From the NCBI RefSeq assembly GCF_009914755.1, contig NC_060936.1: a stretch of DNA of 64,000 nt; one strand, 5' to 3'. Below the pieces are notes generated by a model, which saw only the letters and a list, made by a program, of their open reading frames with translations, was not told the DNA's origin and made no database searches. Source of the stretch: the human T2T-CHM13v2.0 reference genome, Homo sapiens. The first letter of the stretch is position 1. Every line of letters begins with the position of its first letter. The translations under genes were made by a program, and so were the position numbers. Below, piece after piece: positions 1 through 13,449 of the stretch.

Positions 1-2027
1 GCCCCAATGATTCAATTACCTCCACCTGAGCCTGCCCTTAACACATGGGGATTATTACAATTCGAAGTAAGATGTGGGTGGGGACACAGCCAAACCATAT
101 CATCCCGCCCCCTCCCAAATCTCATGTCCTCACATTTCAAAACCAGTCATACCTTCCCAGCAGTCCCCCAAAGTCTTAAGTCATTTCAGCATTCACTCAA
201 AAGTCAACAGTTTAAAATCTCATCTGAGACAAGGCAAGTCTCTTCCACCTAGGAACCTGTAAAATTAAAAGCAATTTAGTTACTTTCCAGATACAGTGGC
301 AGTACAGGCATTGGGTAAATACACCCATTCCAAATGGGAGAAATTGCCCACAGCATGGGGCTACAGGCCCCATGCAGGTCCAAAATCCAATGGGGCAGTC
401 AAATCTTAAAGCTCCAAAATGATCTCTTTTGATTCCATGTCTCACATCTAGGTTATGCTGATGCAAAAGGTGGGCTGCCACAGCCCTGGGCAGCTCCGCC
501 TCTGTGGGTTTGCAAGGTACAACCTCCCTCTTGACTGCTTTCACAGGCTGGTGTTGAGTGTCTGCAGTTTTTCCAGGTACATGGTGCAAGTTGTTGGTGG
601 ATCCACCATTTTGGGGTGTAGAGGATGGTGACCCTCTTCTCACAGCTCCACTAGGCAGTGCCCAAGTGGGGACTCTGTGTGAGGTCTCCAACCCCACATT
701 TCCCTTCCACACTGCCTTAGCAGAAGTTCTCCATGAGGGCCCAGCCCCTGCAGCACACCTCTGCCTGGACATCCACGCATTTCCACACATTCTCTGAAAT
801 CTAGGTGGAGGTTCCCAAACCTCAATTATTGACTTCTGTGCACCTGCAGACTCAACACCACATGGAAGCTGCCAAAACTTGGGGCTTGTACCCCCTGAAG
901 CCATGACCTGAGCTGTACCTTGGCCCCTTTTAGCCATGGCTGGAGCAGCTGGGATGCAGGGCACTAAGTCCCTAGGCTGCACACAACAGGGCGGCCCTGG
1001 GGCCAGCCCCTGAAACCATTTTTTTCCTCCTAGGCCTCTGGGCCTGAGATGGGAGGGGCTGCTGCAAAGGTCTCTGACATGCCCCGAAGACGTTTTCCCC
1101 ATTGTCTTGGTGATTAACATTGGGCTTCTCATTACTTACGCAAATTTCTGTAGCAGGCTTGAATTTCTTCCCAGAAAATGGGTTTTTCTTTTTTACTGCA
1201 TTGTCAGGCTACAAATTTCCCAAACTTTTATTTTCTGCTTCCTCTTGAACCATTTTGCCACTTAAAAATTTCTTCTTCCAGATACCCTTAATCATCTCTC
1301 TCAAAGTTCCACAGAACTCTATTGCAGAGGCAAAATGCCACCAGTCTCTTCGCATAGCAAGAGTGACCTTTACTTCAGTTCCCAAAAGTTCCTCATCTTC
1401 ATCTGAGACCACCTCAACCCGGACCTTATTGTTCATATCGCTATCAGCATTTTGGTCAAAGCCATTCAACCAGTCTCTAGGAAGTTCCAAACTCTCCCAC
1501 ATCTTTTTGTCTTCTGAGTACTCCAAACCTCTAGGAAGTTCCAAACTTTGTCACATTTTCCTGTCTTCTTCTGAGCCCTCCAAACTGTTCCAACCTCTGC
1601 CTGTTACCCATTTCCAAAGTTGCTTCCACATTTTCGGTATCTTTACAGCAGTGCCCCACGACCTGGTACCAATTTATTATATTAGTCTGTTCTCACGTTG
1701 CTAATAGACATGCCTGTGACTGGGTAATTTATAAGGAAAAAGAAGTTTAATGGACTCACAGTTTCAGGTGGCTGAAGAGGCCTCACAGTTATGATGGAAG
1801 GTGAAGGAAGAACAAAGGCACATCTTACATGGTGGCGGGCAAGAGAAGTGTTGAGCAAAAGGGGGCAAAGTCCTTTATAAAACCATCAGATCTCGTGCGA
1901 ACTCACTCACTATTACAAGAACAACATGAAGGTAACCACCCCCACGATTCAATTACCTCTACCTGGACCTGCCCTTGACACATGGGGATTATTACAATTC
2001 AAGGTGAGATTTGGGTGGGGACACGGC
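1..2027 (-). mobile_element. THE1-type MaLR LTR retroelement (partial LTR 1-102, internal ~103-1678, LTR ~1679-2027)
   Basis: Both ends are the reverse complement of the THE1 LTR start (..gggacacagccaaaccatatca). The internal region translates to the MaLR ORF motifs WESLELPRD..GFDQNADSD and KKWF..PGPP. Subfamily not resolved. Confidence 0.85.
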
Positions 2028-2029
2028 CT

Positions 2030-3014
2030 TTCCATGAATGGAGAACTTACCATCAAGAACTTACCATGAATGAAGCTTGCAGGACTGGAAGTTGCTCTGG
2101 GTGAGTCAATGTGTGAGTGGTGAGTGAATGTGAAGGCCTAGGATATTACCGTACATTACAGTAGACTTTATAGACACTGTATGCTTAGGTTACATTAAGC
2201 TTATTTAAAAAATTATCTTTTCTCAGTAATCAATCGACCTTAGCCTACTATGAATTTTTTTATTGATCATTTTTTAAACTTTTTGACTCTTTTGTAGTAA
2301 CACTTAGGCTAAAACACAAACACATTGTACAGCTGTCCAAAAATATTTTCTTTCTTGATATCCTTACTCTATAAGTTTTTCTTTTATAAAAATTTTTATT
2401 GTTTAATTTTTTTTATTTTTTAAACTTTTTTGTTAAGAACTAAGACACAAGCACACGCATTAGCCTAGGTCTACACAGTGTCAGGGTCACAAATATCACT
2501 GTCTTCCACCTCCACATCTTGTCCCACTGCAAGGTCTTTGGGGGCAATTACAAGCATGGAACTGCCATCTCCTAGGATAACTGCGCTCTTCTGGAATACC
2601 TCTTGAAAGACCTGCCTGAGGTCTTTTTACAATGAATTTCTTTTTTTTAAATAAGCAGAAGTTACACTTAACTTTCTTTTTATAAGTAGAAGTATACTTT
2701 AAGATACTGATAAGAAGTATAGTAAATACATAGAAGTATAGTAAATACATATACCAGTAACAGTTGTTTGTTATTATCAAATATTATGTGTTATAAAAAA
2801 CTGTGTGCACTATAGTTTTATACAACTGATAATGCAGTAGGCTTGCTTCCACCAGCATCATCACAAACAGGTGAGTGATGCATTGTCCTATGATGTTAGG
2901 ATGGCTGCAATGTCACTAGGCAACAGGAATTTTCTGTTTCATTATAATCTTATGGGACCACTGTTGTGTATGCAATCTGTCATTTACAAAAATGTCATTA
3001 TGTGGCACATGACA
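2030..3014 (-). mobile_element. Tigger3-family DNA transposon fragment
   Basis: Internal motif agaacttaccatgaatgaagcttgcaggactggaagttgctctgggtgagt and terminal sequence attataatcttatgggaccac..gtggcacatgac resemble recalled Tigger3/MER7 consensus. Confidence 0.7.
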
Positions 3015-3264
3015 ATAATTATATTTGTAGTTTTAAATTTTTCATGAGATGTAACTAGTTTGGACTTTTATTTTTATTGATTTGCTCTTTCAGTCTTCAT
3101 GTGACTTTCTCAGCTAGGAAAATTTTTTTCTACTAATCTTTCATTTTTGCTTCTGTGCCAAATTGTCTGTATGTTGGCTGCCCATTCTCTGTTCCTTTCT
3201 GTTATTGCATTACAATTTTTATGCTATGTTCTTTCCCACTGCATTCTAGAAACATATTTATTAT

Positions 3265-3505
3265 AATAATAACTAGCATTAATTTTGAGCATTTACTAAA
3301 TGACCTTTTCATATTTTGATGCTGTCTTCATGAGAACCCAAAAAGTGAGCTCTATTACCATTTCTAATTTATACACGAGGAAACTGAGGCCAGATTAGAC
3401 TGAGTAATTTTCCCAGGTTTATGTGACTAGGAAGTGACACAGTCACGATTTTAACCCAAGCAGGCTGGCTTTGAATTGTTGACTTGTAATCAACATTCCA
3501 CTGCA
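3265..3505 (-). mobile_element. MIR SINE
   Basis: MIR core gaggaaactgaggc with flanking degenerate MIR sequence. Confidence 0.65.
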
Positions 3506-4759
3506 TACTGTCTGTCCTACATATTTACATAGTCCACAACACATGCTATTTGATTTTCTGGTGAATATTTTTTGCCTCTTTCTGCCTCTACTGTGGATTT
3601 CAGTTGTGCTTTTCTAGTTGTACTTTCCATAAAAGCTTTCTTGTTTGATCCAATTCTACTTTTATATCATAATGTTCTCTTCTGCAGACTTTGTGCTACT
3701 CATTCACAATGCCTGCTATTCATTCTTAATCTTAATTAACTTCTTCTTCTGTTGATGTCACTAAGTACTTTCTGATAGCATCCCCACCCTGGGCTCCTTG
3801 ATTTTTTCTGTATCTTAAACTTTGGTTTTCTCAGGGGAGTCTTTAACTGTCTTCTTCCTTTCTTGTCTAACTTACACACTGGGGTTTATTTCATTCACTG
3901 CTACGGCTTTAAGCACCTATACATTTGTGACTCAAAAGTAAATATTTCACCCCAAGCCGAATCCTGAGCTACACAGCAGTATATTTATTCCTGTAATGTT
4001 GGTTGAACACCTATTTTCCAGGTGCATGTGAGACACTAGAAAATTCCACATGACTGTTATCCAGCAACCTTAAGCTTTTCTCCAAATCTGCTTTTTTATT
4101 CTTTTGATTACCCATCTTGGTGAATTCTAATGTTGCTAGTTGTATAAACCAAAATATAAAATTAATCCCAGAAAACTCTATTTACTTGCCTTTTCATTCT
4201 GTCATCTTTATTCTACTTCTGGAATATCTCATTTAGTATTTCTCTTCATTTGAATTATCACTGTGTATTTCTTGGGGGAATTGCAGTAGTCTACTTTGTT
4301 CTCAACAGTCATAAAAGTCATCTTTCAAATGTGGCGCTCTAATGAGCTTACTCTTTGTGTGATATATGTTAATTATCTCCCATTCCATAAAGTATAATTA
4401 ATACCACCACCTTTGCATGGCACACACAACTTTTGTCATCTGGTTTTATCATTTGGTCCCTGCCTACATATCCAGTCTTTTCTCCTTTCACTTCAAATCT
4501 TTTCTAACTTAAGACACTGTAATTCAGAAATACTGAACTATATTCAAGGTCTCAAATATGATATGTCCTTTCACTCTTTTTGTTCCTTTACACATTTCCT
4601 GAAATACACTCATCATTCAGCTATCTACCTGATGTTTAACTGTTAATTTATTACTTCTTTGGAAATGCCATGTTCTTTATGAAATTTTCTCTGATTTCCA
4701 CAGGCAGACGTGAATGCTCCATTTACTGCTGATGATTTGAATTTGTATGTACTGGCCTA

Positions 4760-4987
4760 ATGGCACTAATCCCATTCAGGAGGACTCCACCTTTGTGATC
4801 TAATCACTTACCAAAGGTTTCACCTCCTAGTACCATCATATTGGGGTAGTATTTTAACATAAGAATTTTGAAAGGACAGCAACAGTGAGCCATGAACACA
4901 ATGCTGCACTTCAGTCGCCAGCCTCCTGGGCAACAGAGTGAGACCTTGTCTCAATAAATAAATAAATAAATAAATAAAATAAAAAAT
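4760..4987. mobile_element. MaLR LTR fragment followed by Alu 3' fragment with (TAAA)n tail
   Basis: ctaatcacttaccaaagg..taccatcatattgggg (MST/MLT1A-like), then cctgggcaacagagtgagaccttgtctc plus an A-rich tail. Confidence 0.6.
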
Positions 4988-7210
4988 AGTGACTAGTCCT
5001 ATAAAATAAGGAGTCATGAAAATAAGGAGTTGTGCTTCCCAGTCTTCTTGTTTTCTTAACCTCTAGTCATCTAAGCAGCACACATAAAGTTTTGCATTCC
5101 ATCCCAACAAGGAGTCTACTGCAAGAATGATTCCTGTAGATGTGACAGTTGAAATGATGAAAATGATTGATATCTATAAGGTCAAAGTTAGAAACTTGAA
5201 GGGTCAGCTGGAAATTGCATTCATTTTGTTGCATTTCTAACTACTGGCAACTTAACCAATTATTTTTGTCTAAGCAACAAGATGTCCCAAGCCAGGGCTG
5301 GTATGGAAGTTTAGTTATGCTATCAGGAATTAGGGATCTTTCTATCTTCATTTCTACCATACAAAACGTGTTGATATTCACCATCATCTTGTGGTCCCAT
5401 ATTGCAAGATGGCCGTTAAGATTTAAGATAGTGTGTCTGCATTTCAGACAGTGAGAAACAAAAATAAAAATGGTAAATGGTCAAATATTATGCCACAGGT
5501 ATCTGCTCTTCCTCCACTCCCCACCCGAATGTAAAGTGGCTCTCAGGAGCACCATCCAGTAGACTTCAACCAACATCTAGCTTTCTGGAATTACACCACA
5601 TTGTCACCCCCAGCAGCAAAAGAATCTGAAAATAAATATTTATAAACAGGAAATGTTGCCACCCTGATCAGTATTGGGTTTCTGCAAAGAAAATGGTAAA
5701 AATTAATACGGGGTAAGTAGACAGTGGTACCTGCCCCATCTTGTAGGTAATAATTTAAAAATGAATATTCAGTAAAGCAGACACAAAAAAGATGTAAAAA
5801 TAATCAAGAGATTTCAGTGTTACAGAAGTCAGAAGAAAAAAAACTGTAAGAGGGAAGAAATATATAGTAATATACAAAATTTTAAAGAGGTTAAGGACAA
5901 AAAGTCTAAGAAAATATTACTAAGTTTGATGATCAGAGACAAGCTGCGACCTCCAGGGAGAGTAATTTCAGGACACTCTTTTAAAAGTGAGCAATTGTTT
6001 TAGTAAGAGCAATGGGTAACTCAATAGGTTAGGAAAGTTAGAAAGTTTATGGAAGACTTTTTTTTAGGCTAACGGAAACTTGAGAATTTTTTGGCTATAG
6101 GTAGCAGAATTAGTGAAGATTGAAGATGTAAAGAAGGGAACACAAAATTGTAAAAACAAAATACGAAATTTTCATCCAGAGGAAAAAGAATCCTTTCTTT
6201 CATTACCTATATTTTAAAGAGATAGTTGGACACAGTGATTCTATTCCAATGAGTCTCAACTTATTTTTTTTTTAACATGCTAGTTATAGATCACTTAGTG
6301 CCTGAGCACATTCAGGGATAAGAAACTAATTATCCCCAGATAACTCAATCAATCGTTTCAAGTTTTAATAACTCTAAGAAATTTATTTTAATATTATTCT
6401 AAAGTAATTAAAATTATTTAAGATAAAAATAAATTTAAAATTCAAAATTATTTAAGATAAATAATTATACAAATTATTTTATACTATCAACAAATTATCC
6501 TCCTTTTAAAATCAATTGCTCTTTTTGTATCTTCCAGAACTACACAAACAGGATTACTGTTTGTTCTATGTAACTAGGTAGAACTATCATGCTTACTCAC
6601 ATTCTTCTCTTTCCAAGCTGAACACTCTTAATTCACTCAGTGATTCTTGAATGATATTGTTTTCCAACCCACTGATTATTCTGATTATGTTTAGTGTTAA
6701 GATTGCACAGTCCATTCAAATCATGAACTCAAGCACATTCTGAATAGCTATAGTTTTCTGAGTCTGAAGTTGATTTTAGTCTCTTACTGGCAATTGCTTT
6801 CATTTATCCAAGCCATGTTACATAACTTATGCTAATCTTTCTCAAGGCCTTATTGTTCTTTCATCTTGTGATTACATTTCTGTCATTTTAGCCTTTGATT
6901 TCCTGATGATTCTGTTGGCTCATTCTATAGGAAAGGGACCAGAAGTAATTGATGTTTGGACAGCTTGAACCATGTTGAATATGGTAACAGAAAAGAGAAC
7001 CATAGTTCTGAGTGGAATGTTAATTAATGAAAGACAATTATTAATACGTATAAGTAATAGTTGAGGAGGATGAACAATTGTTTTCAGGAACCTTACTAAA
7101 TTTATGGTTTTCCTCTGAGGAGCTTGACCAGCCCTTTAAACCAACTCAGCAAGTCTGAATGATGTGCAAAGGGACAATTAGATATGGGTAAGAAGTCCCC
7201 AACCTCAACC

Positions 7211-7345
7211 CATAAAGGACTGTGTCTGAGGTTCTTACAGCATCAAGGGAGATGGATACCATGGCTTCCATCAAGGTGCTGCTAGTCCTGCTCTCAAAGG
7301 CTTTGGTGACCCTGAGCTCTGCTCAGAGCATAGATGATGGCAAGA
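7211..7345 (+). pseudogene. PRP/PRR4-family exon 1 homologue (signal-peptide exon) with degenerate TATA box; relic or unannotated gene
   Basis: 7276-7339 aligns ungapped to the PRR4 exon 1 CDS (58530-58467) at 50/64 nt and 14/21 aa (VLLVLLSKALVTLSSAQSIDD). Same 64-nt length and same phase-1 end. Donor is GC (7340), start codon GTG, CATAAA at 7211. In-frame ATGs at 7252 and 7261. Confidence 0.85.
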
Positions 7346-8284
7346 GGAGGAAATGGGGACAATACAATGGATAACGGGGTTAAAATGCATGGAAAGTACT
7401 AGAGTTAGATTGACCCTTTCAGAAATTAAGCACTTTATTTTCAGAGAGTAGGTCAATAAAAGAGGAGGAAACCTTAATTTCTATTTTTCACTGATTGCAG
7501 ATACTTCTCTGAAAATCTCGGCCTAAGTCTTAAGTCAACGTCTTCATGATGTAATTTTGCCGTTCTAATGTATATGGATTTTCAGTTGTTGATTCTGTTT
7601 GTGTGAATCAGGGCATCTAAATTGAACGGAAAATCTATATTTTTCATTTCTATAATCTATAATAGAATTCTATAATTCTATAATTCATCTAGATATCGCA
7701 TTTCCTTGACATCAAACTCTTGAACATTTAAAAATATTGATAATTTTGATTAAATTTGTACTTAATCAAAATTTTGATGCTAAGCAGGCACTATTAAATT
7801 CTTTCTATTCCATTCCTTAATCCTTTAAAATACAGGTCACCCCTCATTCAGAGTCAATGATTGGGACTAGGGTTCTACTTTGGGAAACTTTGGTTTATTG
7901 TATCCAAATCTTTATAATTTTTTTTCCCTAAAGCTCTCTTAGGCATTTTTAAATCTCTTGTGTCTAAACCTAAGTGTCTTTCTAGAAATTCACAGCTGGG
8001 GTTTTATCAAATCATGTTTTAAATTTGTCTTCTTTTTCATTTTTTTTTTTCTCTTAAAATCCTAAGTACTGTTGCTGAAGAGTTCTTTCAAGAGTAAGGT
8101 AAACCTTTATTCAGGGATGTGTTCTTTTCTTTGTTCTTCAGAAGCTACCATAGTTTTCTTTTTTGTTTAATAAACATTCTCAAAATTCTCAAACATTCTC
8201 AAAATTGAGTTTAGGGAGTCCCAAAGGGAAAAAGAGAATTACAAAATCTGAAAGTTTTAGTGGTTCTCAATAATAACATTGATT

Positions 8285-8568
<284 letters not shown>

Positions 8569-10694
8569 CAATAATGTTAAATATGGACCATCTCCTTCAT
8601 TTTCACATTAGAATCTCTTGTGTCAGAGTTGTAATTAGCATTTGAACATCAGCAGAATATAGACACAGTACTTATTTGTAAATGCTTTTCTCTAAATCTT
8701 TCTACAACCAATGGCTAATGATTGAATAACACAAATCTCCCATTTTTGCAAGAGCAATAACTCCCTTGACATATAACTAATTTGAAGCATAAAGATACAT
8801 AAAATTTGCCTACATTATTGTAGTCAATCAGTGAATGTATCATTGCACTTTCTTTTGCCACTCTGAATTAAAACACAAATGCTTCATTCTTTAGTTTTCA
8901 AGTCCTGATAACTGCTTAAACACTAATTTGTCACAGAGTAAGTGAAATTTAAAGCCACCATTAGTCACACACAGTTTACATGAAAAATTTGAAGTCCATT
9001 CTAATGGCCTGGGGAGAGACTCTGTGTAGGAGGAAGGATATAATACATGCCCAGAGTACATGAGAGAGCTAATGAATTATGCCACCAAAGAAGTGGCAGA
9101 ATTGAGTAAGTGAGTCAACCAACAATTTTGTTGTTCAAAGAAAACTTTTATGCTTAATGATTTTTTTCCCCTGTTTCTGACTTGTCAATGACCCTTCTAC
9201 TGAGTTTATGATGTCATTTCAAACTTCATTCTTTTTCTCTTCTTTCTTTGAAGGAGGCTTTCAAGAGGAAGATGAAAAGACCTAACTACCATGTGAGCTA
9301 TTTTGAGTTCAATTAAGTTATTAAGAATTGTTCTAAATGGATTCAACGAACCTCTGGGTTACTGTTCTAATAAAACATTTCTACAAGTTTTTACTGTAAT
9401 ACAAATAATCATGTTTAACCATGAAAACTTTTTTTCTCTCTTTATTTACAAATATTTTCTTTTTTGTACACAAAGTTCCTGGCTACTCTAGGCTGGTTAG
9501 TACAGGGTTGATCACCCTAAAATATCTTTGCCACAATATGAATGATGTGCTTTTGATGGTATGTCCCAGATACATATTTCCTTTTGTGGCCTGACATATG
9601 GCATTGTCTGGAGAATATTCAATATATGCTTGAAAAGAGAATGTGTTGTCTCTTCCTTTTATGGAATCTTTCATAAATATCAGATCAGGTTGCTTGATAG
9701 TGTTTGTTAATGTATTCTATATTCTTACAGATGTTCTGTTGTTCAACAAATTACTGAAATAGAATCATTGAACCCTTTAAAAAAAGATGTCTTATATACA
9801 ATCCAAACAATATTTCTCTGGGATGTAGAGATGATCTACATTGAGGCAATATATCCTTTGAGAGTTTTGACATTTTAGCATAACCATGTATTAGCTTTTG
9901 ATTGAATGTCTTGTCACAGCATCTTGATAATCATTGCCTGGTGCAGTCCGTGGACATACGTCTTTTGTGGAGAAATTTTCTTCAATAAATAATTAATAGT
10001 TCAATTTAGGCTTCTTATTTTATAGACATTTTCTACATAATTTTTCTCACTTTTACTTATAGATTGTCCTTCATTCATTGATCTGCAATTCTCAAATAAT
10101 CTTTGAACTTACTGTGACAATATATTTAGCCATAATATATACCTTTTCTGTGATTATAAGATTATTCATAGAATTCCACAGCATTTATTAAGAACTGTCA
10201 CTTTATTGAGTCTTTCCCAAAAGTAGAGCTTTGTTGGATGATCCAAGAGGAACCATCTAACGCGGACTATGAGAAGGAACTAGTTGCTTTTCATAAAGAT
10301 GCAAATAACAGCAAGATGCTGTTACAGTTGTTTTGAATTAGTCACACAACTTTGCATCTGGAAACACGGTTTAGAACTATGAAAATGCCCTCTACTCTTG
10401 ATAGTTGATATTAGGATATTAATTTCTATTTGCTCTGAAACATGTTTTAAAAAACAGCAACTCTAAAGAAAGGAAGAGTTACAGAAGAGAGAAACAGGGA
10501 TACACAGACAGAGTCAGAAACAGAGACAGAGATAAAGAGATCCAGCCAGCTGTACATAAGATTCCCTACATTACAATTACAGATACACTAATTAAGTTTT
10601 AGGAGTAATTAATCACATAAAACATTAATGCAAGAACTGAAGTTAATTTAGAAACATCTTATCTTTGTTTGTCCTAGAAAAGCATAGTTTCTCT

Positions 10695-11651
10695 TCAGAT
10701 TTGTTTATGTTGTTGGAATTTTCTTCCTTTTAGAATAGACATTACTTTCCAAATCACCTTTAGAGATGCATGTCTTAATTTATTGTTCCCCAGTATTAGG
10801 ATAAATGAATGACTTGAGGGGTAGATTAGAGCTATGGACTCACCAAAAATCACAGCTAATTCCGTCTCTGGCATAAAGTAGCTGGAGGTGGCAATGAGAA
10901 AGGACAAATAGTAGGCAATAAAGAGGAGAAGGAAGGAAATGACAGCTTTCAGGGCTCTCACATGGGCTTCTGTGCTGGGGTCTCTGCACCCTGTGGCACT
11001 GAGCTGCATTCGCCTGATATGTCTCCGCAGGGAGAGGATCAAGAGGAAAAAGGACATTAGGCACACACAAAAGGGGAGCAGCGTTGCCAGGTTGAGAAAT
11101 AACTTGGTAGAAGCATGTTGAGTTTTATTTACTCTGCAACTCCAAGTTAAGTTTGTTTTCCTCTTTGCCTTCACACAAAACCTGAAATCAGCGTTCAAAT
11201 TCTCAGTGGCTGGAAGGCTAATAAACACAGAGAGAACCACGCACCCCAGTAGAATCCAGGAAATCACCCTGTCAATTCTCCACTTCATCCAGAGGAAAAG
11301 TGGGTGAAAGAAATTACCTATCTTGAAGAAATAGTAAATGCTGAGGCAGGTTGCAAACCAGATACTTAAATGATTGGTTAGTGTCCAGAAGAAGTCAATG
11401 ATTCTCATTTCTTTACCAGTGGCATAGACATCTGGATATAGCACCAATATAAAACAATCTAATAGTATTACGCACAATAGACAAATTCTGGATATGGCCA
11501 GACTTGTGAGGATTAAATCAATGGAGGCAATTTTCCTCTTCTTGACCCAGTCCATGCAGTTTACCAATCCAATGAATGCATTCCCTAAGATCCCCACTGA
11601 AAACTCTCCAACTGCTAAGAACAATAAAGTAGTCTGCACTTTATCTGCCAT
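10695..11651 (-). CDS. TAS2R7: Taste receptor type 2 member 7 (bitter GPCR), 318 aa, intronless
   Basis: Intact [20 protein letters not shown].. with TAS2R motifs [50 protein letters not shown]. Confidence 0.98.
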
Positions 11652-11935
11652 GTTTAAATATGCAATTAGTTTCTAGTTGACCTGATGGAGTTTGACATCC
11701 ACACCTGCTTCTTAGATTTTGATGTAGTTTTCTTTACCTCTTTGTTGTAGTCTGTTTTGTGATGGAGACTGGAATGATAAATGAAGACTGGAGCTATCTT
11801 CATTAAATCCTAATTAGTCTTGACAAACAATGTGTTTGGCGATCCTTGGCCTGGCCACTGTATGCCCATTTACCTACTCAGCAGGTTGTAATTTTCCACA
11901 TACGGTTAATTTAGGCTGAGCTACTGTTTACTAAG

Positions 11936-11943
11936 ATGCAAAT
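11936..11943 (+). promoter_or_regulatory. POU octamer ATGCAAAT, 285 bp upstream of TAS2R7 ATG
   Basis: Exact octamer, positionally conserved upstream of all four intact TAS2Rs. Function inferred. Confidence 0.6.
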
Positions 11944-12039
11944 TGGGCCAATTCCCTTTCATGGTCCTGCATTGTCTTTCTGAGGCTAAGGTGTACGCAT
12001 TTTGGATTCATTAATTTGTGATGTATGCTAGTAACCTCA

Positions 12040-12207
12040 ATAGGGTTGCTAGATTTAGCGACTAAAAATTCAGGACACTCAGTTAAACTTGAATTACAGG
12101 TAAAAAAATCAATAATTTTTTAGTGTATGTCCCTGATTACTTAAGATCAGTGCTTTCAGGAAGTACTGAAGTTCAAATTAGATTGAGTGTTCCATTCTGG
12201 CAACCTG
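12040..12207. mobile_element. MER53-like palindromic MITE
   Basis: Inverted termini tagggttgctaga.. / ..tctggcaacctg, and an internal caggacactcagttaaacttgaatt arm; right arm degenerate. Confidence 0.7.
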
Positions 12208-13154
12208 AACATCAAGAATTTGGTAGCAAGTATAAAACTGGTAAAATTGGAAAGTTCTTGAAGAATTTTTATTTTGCTGAATGTTAATATTGATAATTAG
12301 TAAAGAATCCAAAGTTTGGTTCCATAGTGAGAGTTATATATTTTCAGGAACTTTAAAAAGTTAACACTAAATGTAGGTTATTTGATTCCAAAGAAACTTT
12401 AGGTCATTATTTTGGCTGTTCAGATGAACAATTACATGGCATAGTGTCTCTTAATACAACACATTGTCTTACTGACTAAATGACTTTTAATGGTTATTTA
12501 GCAATGTTATATATAATAAGGTAGAGGACCTGTAATAAAAAAAGACTATTGATTACCTTAAATTTTTCATTTTCACTTAAAATGTTCTCAAGGAAACTTT
12601 GAGAGGTATTAGATATGTCCATTACCTTGTTTGTGGTGAAGATATCATGGGTGTTTGAAATTTTATACATTAAATATATGCGGTTCTTTTTATACCAATT
12701 ATACTTTCATAAAGATTTCAAAAATTTAAAAAATGTTCTCAAGGGTAGTTGTATGCATGAGAGAGGAGATAGTAAAATTCTGTATTTCATTCTCTCCACT
12801 GTCCTCCATACAAATTGCATGAGTATCTAGATCCTCAACCCTTCTAGCAGGAGACTGAAGATTAAACTTTCCACATCTCTAGAGATGAATTTTTAGTTTG
12901 AAATAGCTTCTCTAATTTAGAGTTACTGAGAAGCGCTTTACTACATGGGGTTCCATAGAATAGTTCTTGGGTATTCACACCTTCCTGGGAATGCATGTCT
13001 TCTCTTATCCTTCCTTAAAGGACAAACCATCATTCCGGAGATGTAGCCTTAACTTTTGGACAATCTGTATGATTATGTAGCCATGTTCACAGGCAACTGG
13101 AACATCACCTATGATAGGACGATCTTGGATATGATCCCTGACCTAGACTTATCA

Positions 13155-13449
13155 TTTCTTTTGTTTTTTTTTTTGAGATGGAATTTCGTTCTTGTTGCTC
13201 AGGCTGGAGTGCTATTTTGGCTCACCGCAACCTCCATCTCCCAGGTTCAAGTGATTCTCCTGCCTGAGCCTGCCAAGTAGCTGGGATTACAGGCAGGTGC
13301 AACCATGCCTGGCTAATTTTGTATTTTTAGTAGATTCCGGGTTTCTCCATGTTGGTCAGGCTGGTCTTGAACTCCCGACCTCAGGCGATCCGTGTGCCTT
13401 GGCCTCCCAAAGTTCTGGGATTACAGGTGTGAGCCACTGTGCCTGGCCT
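13155..13449 (-). mobile_element. AluS SINE with target-site duplication
   Basis: Reverse Alu flanked by ctagacttatcattt / ctagactcatcattt. Confidence 0.9.
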
